From: Sedimentisphaerales bacterium
Lineage (GTDB): Bacteria > Planctomycetota > Phycisphaerae > Sedimentisphaerales > SM23-30
Length of the DNA stretch: 64,000 bases
Assembly: GCA_963663965.2 (NCBI GenBank)
Contig: CAXXFK010000025.1
Span: 32,001-96,000 of the forward strand
Direction: 5' to 3'
Within the stretch, counting starts at the first letter, position 1. Each line of letters starts with the position of its first letter. Positions 10,146-19,646 of this stretch are shown piece after piece. The notes below the pieces were generated by a model. It was not told where the DNA came from. It made no database searches and saw only the letters and a list, made by a program, of their open reading frames with translations. The translations under genes were made by a program, and so were the position numbers.

Positions 10146-11822
10146 ATGCCTCCCCAATTTGTCTTCGAAATGAAAGATGTCAGCAAGCGCTACGGCGATA
10201 AGGAAGTGCTCAAAAACATCTGGCTCTCATTCTTTTACGGCGCAAAAATCGGTGTCATTGGCGAAAACGGCGCCGGCAAGAGCACCCTGCTCAAAATCAT
10301 GGCCGGGCTCGATAAGGATATCTTTGGCGAGGCGCGGCTGGCGCCTAAAATGAAACTGCATTATGTTGCCCAGGAGCCCGAACTGGCCCTGGAGCAAACC
10401 GTACGCGAAAACCTCCAACTGGCCATCAAACCCATTCTGGATATGGTTGACCGGTTTAATCTGATCGCTGAAAAAATGGGCGATCCCGGCCCGGATGATG
10501 ATCTCGATAAACTCATGGAAGAGATGGGCAATCTGCAGGATAAAATCGACGCCTGCGATGGCTGGGAAACCGACCGCATGATCGATATGGTTTCCGATGC
10601 CATGGTGTTGCCGCCGGATGATACCCCGATTAAACAGCTCTCCGGTGGCGAACGCCGGCGCGTTGCTCTGAGTATGGCCCTGTTGGAAAAACCCGACCTG
10701 CTCCTGCTGGATGAGCCGACCAACCATCTCGACGCCGAAACGGTTCAGTGGCTCGAAACCGCCCTGCGCGATTATCCCGGTACGGTGATCATTGTGACGC
10801 ACGACCGCTATTTCCTGGATAACATTACCAGATGGATTCTTGAACTGGATAACGGCCGCGGCTTGCCGTTCGAAGGCAATTATTCTTCCTGGCTCGCTCA
10901 GAAAGCCGAACTGCTGCGGGTGGCCGAAAAACAGGAATCGCAGCGCCAGAAAACCCTCGCGCGCGAACTGGAATGGATCAATACCTCGGTGCGCGCCCGC
11001 AACCAGAAAAACCAGGCCCGTATCGATGCCTACCAGAAACTCGCCGGCCAGTCCGGCGCCATCGATACCCGTGGCGACGTGGTCATCCAGATCCCATCCG
11101 GCCAGCGGCTTGGCGAGAAAGTGCTGTCCTTTACGGATGTCTGTAAAAGTTATGGTGACAACCTGCTGATTGATCAATGCACCTTCGAACTGCCGCCCAA
11201 CGGCATTGTCGGGGTCATCGGCCCCAACGGTATTGGTAAAACCACCCTGTTCCGTCTGATCACCGGCCAGGAGCAACCCGATTCCGGTTCCATCGAGTTG
11301 GGATCAACCGTATCGATCGGCTATGTCGATCAGCATCGGGATGCGCTGGCTGACCAGAAAACCATTTTTGAAGAAATCGCCGACGGTCTGGATACCATTG
11401 ACGTCGGCGGCGCGTCCGTGGCCGCCCGCGCTTATGTGGCCCGCTTCAATTTCCGTGGTTCCCAGCAGCAGAAAAAAGTCTCGCAGTGCTCCGGCGGCGA
11501 GCGCAACCGCATCCACCTGGCCAAAATGCTCCGGCGTGGCGGCAACCTGCTCCTGCTGGATGAACCCACCAACGATCTTGATGTCAACACCATGCGCGTG
11601 CTCGAACAGGCCATTATCGACTTCCAGGGCTGCGCCATGGTCATCAGCCACGACCGTTTCTTCCTCGACCGCATCTGCACCCATCTATTGATCTTTGAAG
11701 GCAACGGCAAAACCCAGTGGTTCCAGGGCAACTTCAGCGCCTACGAAGAAAAAATCCAGAAAGAAAATCCCGATCGCCTGGCCCATCGCCGGGGCAAATA
11801 CAGGCAGATCAAGCTGCGGTAA
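10146..11822 (+). CDS. ettA: Energy-dependent translational throttle EttA (ABC-F)
   Basis: LSFFYGAKIGVIGENGAGKST, LSGGERRR, two ABC domains, RELEWI linker, 558 aa. Confidence 0.92.
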   Translation: MPPQFVFEMKDVSKRYGDKEVLKNIWLSFFYGAKIGVIGENGAGKSTLLKIMAGLDKDIFGEARLAPKMKLHYVAQEPELALEQTVRENLQLAIKPILDMVDRFNLIAEKMGDPGPDDDLDKLMEEMGNLQDKIDACDGWETDRMIDMVSDAMVLPPDDTPIKQLSGGERRRVALSMALLEKPDLLLLDEPTNHLDAETVQWLETALRDYPGTVIIVTHDRYFLDNITRWILELDNGRGLPFEGNYSSWLAQKAELLRVAEKQESQRQKTLARELEWINTSVRARNQKNQARIDAYQKLAGQSGAIDTRGDVVIQIPSGQRLGEKVLSFTDVCKSYGDNLLIDQCTFELPPNGIVGVIGPNGIGKTTLFRLITGQEQPDSGSIELGSTVSIGYVDQHRDALADQKTIFEEIADGLDTIDVGGASVAARAYVARFNFRGSQQQKKVSQCSGGERNRIHLAKMLRRGGNLLLLDEPTNDLDVNTMRVLEQAIIDFQGCAMVISHDRFFLDRICTHLLIFEGNGKTQWFQGNFSAYEEKIQKENPDRLAHRRGKYRQIKLR

Positions 11823-11896
11823 TAACTATCGAATTCACTGATACTGTTTTTCTGTTATCAGCGGATCCATCGTTTAAAATGGGTGACCAGACGATA

Positions 11897-12508
11897 CTAT
11901 TCGCCCGAATAATTATCACGAGTTTCCGTTTTATTCAAATGGGAATTCCCAACCAGCAGCAGGGCGGGCAGCAGGATCACGTCGCCCGCCAGCGCCGCGA
12001 CAAATCCCACGCAGGCGTAAAACCCGAAATGGTGATACCCCTTTAGCGCACTGAAGAAAAGCCCGGCAAAACTGAATACAAAGATCAGGGTCGTACTGAT
12101 AATTGCCTTACCGACAGTATGAAACGTATTCAGGATCGCTGCCTCTGGCGAATGGTTCTTGCGAAGTTCTTGACGGTAGCGCGAAATAAAATGAATCGTA
12201 TCGTCCACCGCTATCCCCAGGCAGATGGTAAACAAAATGGCATCAGCGACCGTGAATGGCTGACTGGAAAGAACGATACAGGTGCTGATGACCACCAGCG
12301 GAAAAATATTGGGAATCAGGCAGATCGGGCCAAAGCGCCACGAACGAAATTCAATCAGCATAACCAGGGTAATAATTACCACCGCCAGACCCAGCGATTG
12401 ACCCAGGTCGGAGATCATGTTATGTACCATCTGTGCGTGTAACAGGGTTTCACCGGTGAGTTTAATGGTCATATCGGGGTATGCCTTGTTCAGCTCGGTC
12501 AGTTTGTG
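11897..12508 (-). pseudogene. C-terminal fragment of an MMPL/RND-family transporter
   Basis: LTGETLL...LIPNIFP...ICLGIAVDDTIHF...VGKAI match only the last TM bundle; an in-frame stop lies about 13 codons upstream of Met 12472 and no N-terminal half is present. Confidence 0.75.
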
Positions 12509-12554
12509 TAATTACTTCAGCTTACCAGATATTTTAATGGTCCCGAACTTTTTA

Positions 12555-12660
12555 TCCTGTTGGTCCTGTGATCCTGTCTAAATGGCTGTTAACCTTCGTG
12601 GCTTCGTGGCTTTGTGTGAACTATTTCTTCTTTGGTTGCGGTTTGACCGCCCTGTGAAAT
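12555..12660. repeat. Cluster of short intergenic repeat units (TCCTGT x3; CTTCGTGG x2 then GTGTGAACTATTT; GGTTGCGG...CCGC)
   Basis: The TCCTGT, TTCGTGG and GTGTGAAC units recur at 35118-35530. Confidence 0.55.
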
Positions 12661-12687
12661 CTTATGCGTTTTTATCCGGTAGGACAT

Positions 12688-12713
12688 AAAAAAAAGCGCT
12701 CAATTTAGAGCGC
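12688..12713 (-). terminator. Intrinsic terminator of the PEP-CTERM gene
   Basis: GCGCTC-N6-GAGCGC stem followed by T8 on the minus strand. Confidence 0.7.
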
Positions 12714-12743
12714 CTTCATTCTTTACCAAAGAGTTATAGTCTT

Positions 12744-13298
12744 TTATTTCAATCGCCGCTTAATTCCGGCAATCCCAGCCACTCCCATCAGGGCCAGACT
12801 CACACTGACAGGCTCCGGTACAATGGGAGGAGATGGAGTCGTTGTTGTGGGGTTCCAGGCGGAAATATGTGACAAGCCCGCATATTGGTCACCGCCATTC
12901 TTAAGCAAATCCATTTCTGTTGTCCATGTTCCGCTGCTGGCGCCACCAACATTAATCAATGCGAATTTATTGCCGGCTACAACCGTAATATAATCGACGG
13001 TTACGGATGAATCGACTAATTCCCAGGTGCCAGTCGTACCATTATTGACTGGTATGGAAATAACATTCCCTTCATCGCTTTTGCCATAGGATGAAAAATC
13101 AATTCCTGATTCAATTTCAAAATCGGTTTGTTCTGTTACTGGTTTACCAGCAATATCTTTTGCAACATCGTTACCCGAATAGATGCGGTTTCCATCTTCT
13201 ATGCCAATGAAGGTAGGATTCGCCAATAAACTTGAGCCTATACAAAAACAGAGTATTAATGTGCCTTGCCTGATTATTTTTTTATTAAACATTTTCAT
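12744..13298 (-). CDS. PEP-CTERM sorting-domain protein
   Basis: Signal peptide; C-terminal VPEP, hydrophobic helix and KRRLK; AT-rich. Confidence 0.9.
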   Translation of the reverse strand: MKMFNKKIIRQGTLILCFCIGSSLLANPTFIGIEDGNRIYSGNDVAKDIAGKPVTEQTDFEIESGIDFSSYGKSDEGNVISIPVNNGTTGTWELVDSSVTVDYITVVAGNKFALINVGGASSGTWTTEMDLLKNGGDQYAGLSHISAWNPTTTTPSPPIVPEPVSVSLALMGVAGIAGIKRRLK

Positions 13299-13553
13299 AA
13301 ATAAATCACTCCTCTTGCTGTTTTATCTTTTTTCCAACTACTGCTGAAAAACATTCACTAAAAGATTTTAACATTACATTCAATTCACCTGCATATTTAT
13401 ATTAGAGATTAGAAAATAAAGGAAATCCAGTAATCAGGTGTTTTATGCATAGTATATCAAAAAAAAGATGGTTTTATTTTATAAAGCCATCTTTTTTTGG
13501 AGATCATCAGAGTTATATCTTGAATCATTTAAACGAGTTGTGAGTCCTATTAC

Positions 13554-16430
13554 CTATTTTTCGGTTTTCTCTGATTTTTTAAACAGGGTATTCAATAAAC
13601 CTTCTTTTTTGGTCGGCCCGGATCCGATAGCCTTAATCAGGAAATCTTCATACTTCCGATAACGTGACAACGTCTTGACATCCCCGCCCAGTCCGTGGCC
13701 GCCCGTTGGGTCCAGAAACAGGTCGACCAGCGTCTCTTTGCCGGCCTTGAGCAGTTCCCGATAGACATTCACCGTGTCCTGATACAGCACATTGGAATCC
13801 TCCATGCCATGCACCAGCAGCAGTTTCCCTTTCAGGTTCTTGGCCAGCGGTAACAGCGAGAATTCCTTCAGCGTCGCTTTACCCGGATCGCTGATCCCGA
13901 TCGTCCGGGCCGTATACCACGAGTTATAGTTCTCCCACTCGGTCGGCCCGGCGCCGGCAATACCCGCCGCAAACACATCCGGTTCGGTATACATGCACAT
14001 CTGCGTCTGGAACCCGCCAAAGCTCCAGCCATGGATCGCCACCCGTTTCGGATCGGCGCCATATTTTTCCACCAGGTACTTCACGCCATCAACCAGATCC
14101 TCCACCTGTGGCTGACCCACCTGGCCAAAGTTCGCCTTTTCAAATACGCCTGCGTAACCGCTGTTACCCCGCGGATCGATGGTACAGGCAATATAACCAT
14201 GTTTCTTCGCCATGTAATACGGAAAGGCATACGCGCTGCCGTAATAATTCCCTTCCACCACCTGCTTGCGGGTACCCAGTGGGCCACCGTAAAAATAGAT
14301 CAGCAGCGGCCGCTGGTCATCCTTGCTCCAGTCATCCGGTAAAAACGTCTGGCCGTAAATCGTATGCCCGTGTCGATTGGGATAATCGAAAAAGGTGGGT
14401 TGCGGTTTGATAAATTCCCGCGCCTCATCCGGATGCGAATCGGTCAGGGTTTTATCGGTGTCTTTTTTCGTATCAAGATAAATCAATTCCTGCAAACGCG
14501 CGTAGCTGACCAGGTTGGTCAATACCCTGGTGCCGTCCGGACTCACGGCCGCCGAACTGTGAACGCCGCGATCACGCGTCAGTCTTGTCATTTTACCGCT
14601 GTCTGTAGCCACTTTATAAATATCCAGTCGACTGGGATGTTCTTTGGTCGCGCTGACAAATATCCATTTCCGATCCTTCGAAATTTCGATCGGGTACACC
14701 TCAAATGGCCCTTCGGTCAGCGGGGTAAAGCTTTCATAAAGCGGGTCAAGCTTGTTCAAATGCCGAAAACCGGTCTGTTCACTCAGATAAACGATCGTCT
14801 GGTTGTCGGCCAGATAATAGAGATCCATCATATCCGGGGTGTTCGGCCCGCCGTTATGCAGAAATTCATAGATCTGCCGGGCTTTATCCGGCTTGGCCTT
14901 TTCTTCTTTCTTCTCTGCTGGATCTTCATTGTTATCTTTGGCTTCTTCTTTGGTCTCAACTTCCTTGGTCGTTTCGAAAATGGCCTCAAAAAACCGGACC
15001 AGCCGGGTGTCTTCATGGTAATCCATAAAGACGATCTGTTGCGAATCGCCCGACCAGGCCAGACCCCGCAAAATATCGCTGGGATAATGGGTTTTGGTCA
15101 TAAACACTTCCGTCAGCTCATCTTTTTCCGTACCGGTCTCATCGATGCGATACAGGTACACGCGCCGTTCGTATTCGCCCAGTTCATCATCAGAAACCTG
15201 ACGGTTGACTTCGTTGGATTTCATCAGCCGGCCGCGGTAATTGGCAATCTCTACCGAGCTGGATTTGCCGGCCTTGACCTCTTTGCCGGTCATAAAGGCA
15301 ACACGCTTTCCATCCGGACTGATCTCATAACCATCCATCTCTTCGCCATTCGAAAATTTCGGATCGATCTGTTGCTGCCGGCCCGTTTCCAGATCGACTT
15401 TCATCAGGACCGACCCCAGCAGATAACTGATACCCTTGCCGTCAGGCAGCCAGCTGACATTCCGTTCTCCCTCGCGTGTCTGGGTCAGGCGTTCGATTTT
15501 CCCCCCTTCGATCTGGTAACGGTAGACATCGCCGCCCGATACCAGCAGTAACGCATTCTCTGTCGGGGAAAATTCAAACGCGTTCACTCCGCCATAACGC
15601 GGCGCGTCTTTGGCATCGGCGTCCTTATCATCTACCCAGTCACCCCGCAGTTTGCGGGCCTCCAGATCATCGGTCTTCACTTCTTCTTTTCCGGCTTCTT
15701 TTTCCTGAGTTTTATCGTTGTTTTCTTTTATCGTGTCTTTTTCTTTTTTCCGAACCTTCTTATCTGATTGCCGCTGGTCTTTTTGGGCGGCTTTCTTATC
15801 AGCCTGCTGATCGTCCGCGACGGTATCCTCGAAATCACTCGGCGCTACGGCGTCAGTTTTCTTTACTTTTTTTTGTTTATTATTACGCTCTTTTTGTTTT
15901 TTATCCTGCTTCTCCTTCTTGACTTTTTGTTTCTGGTTTTTCTTGTTCTTTTTGACTTTTTCGTCTTTCTTTTCTATCTGGATTTTATCTTCGTCTTTCG
16001 TCTGCTCTTTTCCCGTTTCAACTTTGGCTGGTTCTTCTTTTTTATCACCCTTGGCCGCTTTTTTTACCTTTGCGATCCGATCTTCCACCACTTTGCGGGC
16101 GCTCTCCTGAAACTCCGCCATCACCGAAGCCATCGTCACCCGGATCAACTCGCCATTCTGTGTATCGTAAAGATACAAATCGTTCCCGTGCCGCCGCTCG
16201 TCATAAGGACGATACAACCACGCGCCGTAACGCCCGTCATACGAAAACGCCGGTGATGAAACACTGGTCCCAAACACGCTCTTTTCCGGAAACAACTCCT
16301 CAAGCTTCAGTTCCTTTTTGGTTTCCTTAACAACGTCGGAGCCCTTGTTTTTTTCGGCCGATTCGGCAAAGATCAATCCGGTTAAAGCTAAAATAGCAAA
16401 TACGCTGACTAGTTTTCTGAATTGTGCCAT
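13554..16430 (-). CDS. S9 family (DPP IV-like) serine peptidase with long Lys/Glu-rich insert
   Basis: Signal peptide, beta-propeller repeats (SPDG), YGGP, GWSFGG, HGMEDSNV, GGHGL. Confidence 0.9.
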   Translation of the reverse strand: MAQFRKLVSVFAILALTGLIFAESAEKNKGSDVVKETKKELKLEELFPEKSVFGTSVSSPAFSYDGRYGAWLYRPYDERRHGNDLYLYDTQNGELIRVTMASVMAEFQESARKVVEDRIAKVKKAAKGDKKEEPAKVETGKEQTKDEDKIQIEKKDEKVKKNKKNQKQKVKKEKQDKKQKERNNKQKKVKKTDAVAPSDFEDTVADDQQADKKAAQKDQRQSDKKVRKKEKDTIKENNDKTQEKEAGKEEVKTDDLEARKLRGDWVDDKDADAKDAPRYGGVNAFEFSPTENALLLVSGGDVYRYQIEGGKIERLTQTREGERNVSWLPDGKGISYLLGSVLMKVDLETGRQQQIDPKFSNGEEMDGYEISPDGKRVAFMTGKEVKAGKSSSVEIANYRGRLMKSNEVNRQVSDDELGEYERRVYLYRIDETGTEKDELTEVFMTKTHYPSDILRGLAWSGDSQQIVFMDYHEDTRLVRFFEAIFETTKEVETKEEAKDNNEDPAEKKEEKAKPDKARQIYEFLHNGGPNTPDMMDLYYLADNQTIVYLSEQTGFRHLNKLDPLYESFTPLTEGPFEVYPIEISKDRKWIFVSATKEHPSRLDIYKVATDSGKMTRLTRDRGVHSSAAVSPDGTRVLTNLVSYARLQELIYLDTKKDTDKTLTDSHPDEAREFIKPQPTFFDYPNRHGHTIYGQTFLPDDWSKDDQRPLLIYFYGGPLGTRKQVVEGNYYGSAYAFPYYMAKKHGYIACTIDPRGNSGYAGVFEKANFGQVGQPQVEDLVDGVKYLVEKYGADPKRVAIHGWSFGGFQTQMCMYTEPDVFAAGIAGAGPTEWENYNSWYTARTIGISDPGKATLKEFSLLPLAKNLKGKLLLVHGMEDSNVLYQDTVNVYRELLKAGKETLVDLFLDPTGGHGLGGDVKTLSRYRKYEDFLIKAIGSGPTKKEGLLNTLFKKSEKTEK

Positions 16431-16556
16431 AAAGTAAGACTCCTGTTCATATCTTCAATGAGAGTTATAAATAATCGGTTGGTAATCAATCAAATTAAAC
16501 AATGGATAGGCAGATTGGAATGACGTTAGGGGCTGATTCGCAGACATATCAGGTTT

Positions 16557-17963
16557 TTACCTGACCGGCGTCAAACGCAATATGACATCCGGACTGTTCA
16601 ATACTACATAAATGGCTCCATCAGGTCCGCAAGCCACATCGCGGACCCGGCCGGCATTTTTCAGGATCACCTCATCATGCAACACCCGCCGGTCTTTGAT
16701 ATCCAGCAGCCGCACCTCCTCATAACGCAACGCGGTTACCAGCAGATGGTTATTCCATTTATCGAACAGCTTGCCCCGGTAAAAATCAATCCCGCAGACG
16801 GCAATCGAAGGCCGCCAGTAGAGTACCGGCTGGGCCATTCCCGCCTTTTCGGTCTCCTCGGTGATAATACTGCCGTCGTAATTACGGCCATAGGTAATCA
16901 CTGGCCAGCCATAATTGGCCCCACCCGTAATCAGATTCAATTCATCGCCGCCAAACGGCCCGTGCTCCGATTCCCATAAATCGCCCGTAACAGGATGTAC
17001 TGCCAGCCCCTGTGGATTACGGTTGCCATAACAGTAGATGGTTGGGAGGGTATTTATCAGACCCACAAATGGATTATCCGAGGGAACGGAACCATCTTTA
17101 TAAATCCGGTGAATCTTGCCGTTTGGCCGGCTCAGGTCCTGCGCGTGTTCCGAATAACCCCGTTCGCCAATTCCAAAATACAGATACCGGTCATCAAATA
17201 CAATTCGACACCCATAATGGTGGCGCGTGGTCAGATACGAATCATGGGGCGCCTCGAAAATCACTTCTTCATTCACCCAGGTATTTTCTTTGATTTTTCC
17301 TCGCACCAGCCGTGTCATGGCGCCGGGTCGCCCGCCGCTGCTGCTCAGGACATGGCTGTAAGACAGATACACCCAGCCATTCGTTCGATAATCCGGGTCC
17401 ACGGCCACATCCAGCAGCCCGCCCTGACCTTCATGCAACACCGCCGGGGTTCCTGCCACCGGCTCTGGCAGCAACTTGCCATTGATCACTTGTCGCAGCC
17501 TCCCTGGTCTTTCTGTCACCAGCGCGTGATTCGCGTTGATAAAATCGATACCCCACGGGATTGCCAGTCTTTCCGCCCAGACGCTTACCTCAATGTCATA
17601 ATCGTATGTTTGTAATCGGGTTGGCAGCGGTGGCCGCTCTACGCCGGCCTCAGACTCCGAAGCCAGTAAATAATCGATAACCTGGTTAATCTCCTGATCG
17701 GACAACGCCTTTTGATAGGATGGCATGCCCACATGAGTGATCCCGTATTTGATATTGCGGAATATCTGATCCCGCCCGCTGCCATGCTGCCAGATCTTAT
17801 CCACCAGACTCTGGGCATTACCGCCCTGCAAGCGTGCCCCATGGCACGAAGCGCACTTGTCCTGATAAAACCCAGCCCCTGGCGGTACTTCGGCCCCATT
17901 GACAACCGGTGTCAGAAGTGCAAGTATTGTCCACATCAGGTTGAGTTGTATCATCTGTTTCAT
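16557..17963 (-). CDS. PQQ-dependent sugar dehydrogenase (GSDH family) with N-terminal cytochrome c
   Basis: CASCH haem motif; TERPGRL, GQGGLLD, YGNRNPQG, EHGPFGGDELN, NYGWP, GRVRDV. Confidence 0.9.
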   Translation of the reverse strand: MKQMIQLNLMWTILALLTPVVNGAEVPPGAGFYQDKCASCHGARLQGGNAQSLVDKIWQHGSGRDQIFRNIKYGITHVGMPSYQKALSDQEINQVIDYLLASESEAGVERPPLPTRLQTYDYDIEVSVWAERLAIPWGIDFINANHALVTERPGRLRQVINGKLLPEPVAGTPAVLHEGQGGLLDVAVDPDYRTNGWVYLSYSHVLSSSGGRPGAMTRLVRGKIKENTWVNEEVIFEAPHDSYLTTRHHYGCRIVFDDRYLYFGIGERGYSEHAQDLSRPNGKIHRIYKDGSVPSDNPFVGLINTLPTIYCYGNRNPQGLAVHPVTGDLWESEHGPFGGDELNLITGGANYGWPVITYGRNYDGSIITEETEKAGMAQPVLYWRPSIAVCGIDFYRGKLFDKWNNHLLVTALRYEEVRLLDIKDRRVLHDEVILKNAGRVRDVACGPDGAIYVVLNSPDVILRLTPVR

Positions 17964-18220
17964 AACAGGCCCCCTGGATCTGGTTTGCTGCTTATCAACA
18001 TGAAAATGATTATAGCCTCATTATCGAACCAGGCAACAGGTTTTCTCCCGGTTTAACCTGGTTCGCCCTAAGCGGATAATGGAATTGATTGGTTTGCGTG
18101 AAATAATCTCCTTTGCGAGACGTTTTAAACATATCCATCGGGCTGAGTGTCCGTAACCTGTTTCATTTCATATAGATATAAAAAAGTTAAGATGTTAATT
18201 TCTTAAATAAAGGAACTACT

Positions 18221-19558
18221 ATGAAATCGAATGTCATGCATCGTCGCCAGTTTCTCAAATCGGCTGCTATTGGTGCCGGTATCACCATTCTTCCCAGCGG
18301 ATTCCTCTCCGGCCAGAATGCGCCCAGTAACAAGCTGAATATTGCCCTGATTGGCGCCTATGGCCGCGGCAGCCAGCACTGGGATGCCCTCAAAAGTGAA
18401 AATATCGTCGCTCTTTGCGATGTCGATGAAAACGCCCTGGCCAAAGCCGCCGAAGTCTTTCCCGGTGCCAAACACTATGTCGATTGGCGTAAGTGCCTGG
18501 AAGATAAAGACATCGATGCCGTTGTCTGCTGCACAACCGACCATACCCATGCCTTCGTGGCCAATTGGGCCATGAACCGCGACCTGCATGTCTATTGCGA
18601 AAAACCCCTGGCCAATTCCGTTGAAGAAGCCCGGGTTGTTCGTGAAACCTACCTGAAAAAACGCAATAAAATTGCCACCCAGGTGGGTACCCAGCGCCAT
18701 TCCGATACCAATTTCGCCCGTGTCCGTGAACTCATCCACGATGGCGCCATTGGCACACTCAAAGACGCCCGAGCCTGGGGCGATCGCCAGCTACCCAAAC
18801 CCGGTTATCTCCCGGCCGAGGGCACACCGCCCAAGACGCTCCATTATGACCTCTGGATCGGACCGTCACCCTGGCATCCTTATAATCCCGGTTATTTCGG
18901 CGCCCGCCCCGGCGCCAACTGTCTCAACTGGAATATGTACTGGGACTTCGGCACCGGCCAGGTTGGCGATATGGGCAGCCACACCATGGACCTCGTCTGG
19001 AACGTGATCGACGGTACCCGGCCCACCAGCGCCGAAGGGGTAGGCGATCCGGTCAATCCCGATGTATCACCCGTTAAACTGACCTCCACCTGGCAGATGC
19101 CTGCCAACAATTGGCGTCCCGAAATCAAAGTGCAATGGTTCCAGGGTGGCGCCATGCCGCCATCACCCAAGGGCTACATTGACCTGAATAAAATTGGCCA
19201 TGGCGCCATGTTCACCGGTGACAAGGGGATACTCATTTGTGACTTTAATTCGCGTATTATCTTACCCTGGGGCAAAGATGCCGACATGACCTATTACAAA
19301 CCGCGTGCGAAAGAAGATGTTGATCCCGGTATGGGCCATTTCCAGAAACAATGGTTCAACGCCTGCAAAACCGACCTCAAAACCCCCTGTAACTTCGATT
19401 ACGCCGGCCAGATGATCGAAATGATGCTCCTCGGCCTGGTCGCCTACCGCGTCGGTAAGAAGATCGACTACAACGGCGATAAAGGCACCACTTCCAATCC
19501 CGAAGCTCAGGCCCTCATCAAACGCCAATATCGCGAAGGCTGGACCCTCAACGGCTAA
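18221..19558 (+). CDS. Gfo/Idh/MocA family oxidoreductase, Tat-exported
   Basis: HRRQFLK, IGAYGRG, YCEKPL, TQVGTQ, GDMGSH. Confidence 0.9.
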   Translation: MKSNVMHRRQFLKSAAIGAGITILPSGFLSGQNAPSNKLNIALIGAYGRGSQHWDALKSENIVALCDVDENALAKAAEVFPGAKHYVDWRKCLEDKDIDAVVCCTTDHTHAFVANWAMNRDLHVYCEKPLANSVEEARVVRETYLKKRNKIATQVGTQRHSDTNFARVRELIHDGAIGTLKDARAWGDRQLPKPGYLPAEGTPPKTLHYDLWIGPSPWHPYNPGYFGARPGANCLNWNMYWDFGTGQVGDMGSHTMDLVWNVIDGTRPTSAEGVGDPVNPDVSPVKLTSTWQMPANNWRPEIKVQWFQGGAMPPSPKGYIDLNKIGHGAMFTGDKGILICDFNSRIILPWGKDADMTYYKPRAKEDVDPGMGHFQKQWFNACKTDLKTPCNFDYAGQMIEMMLLGLVAYRVGKKIDYNGDKGTTSNPEAQALIKRQYREGWTLNG

Positions 19559-19581
19559 GCCCAACCCGAACCAAAACCTCC

Positions 19582-19620
19582 AACGCCCACGCCGGCCCCC
19601 CAAGGCCCGTGGGCGTTTTT
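19582..19620 (+). terminator. Intrinsic terminator between convergent genes
   Basis: AACGCCCACG / CGTGGGCGTT 10-bp stem followed by a T-run. Confidence 0.7.
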
Positions 19621-19646
19621 AGTATTGGATTTAAAGCCAGGTCGAC

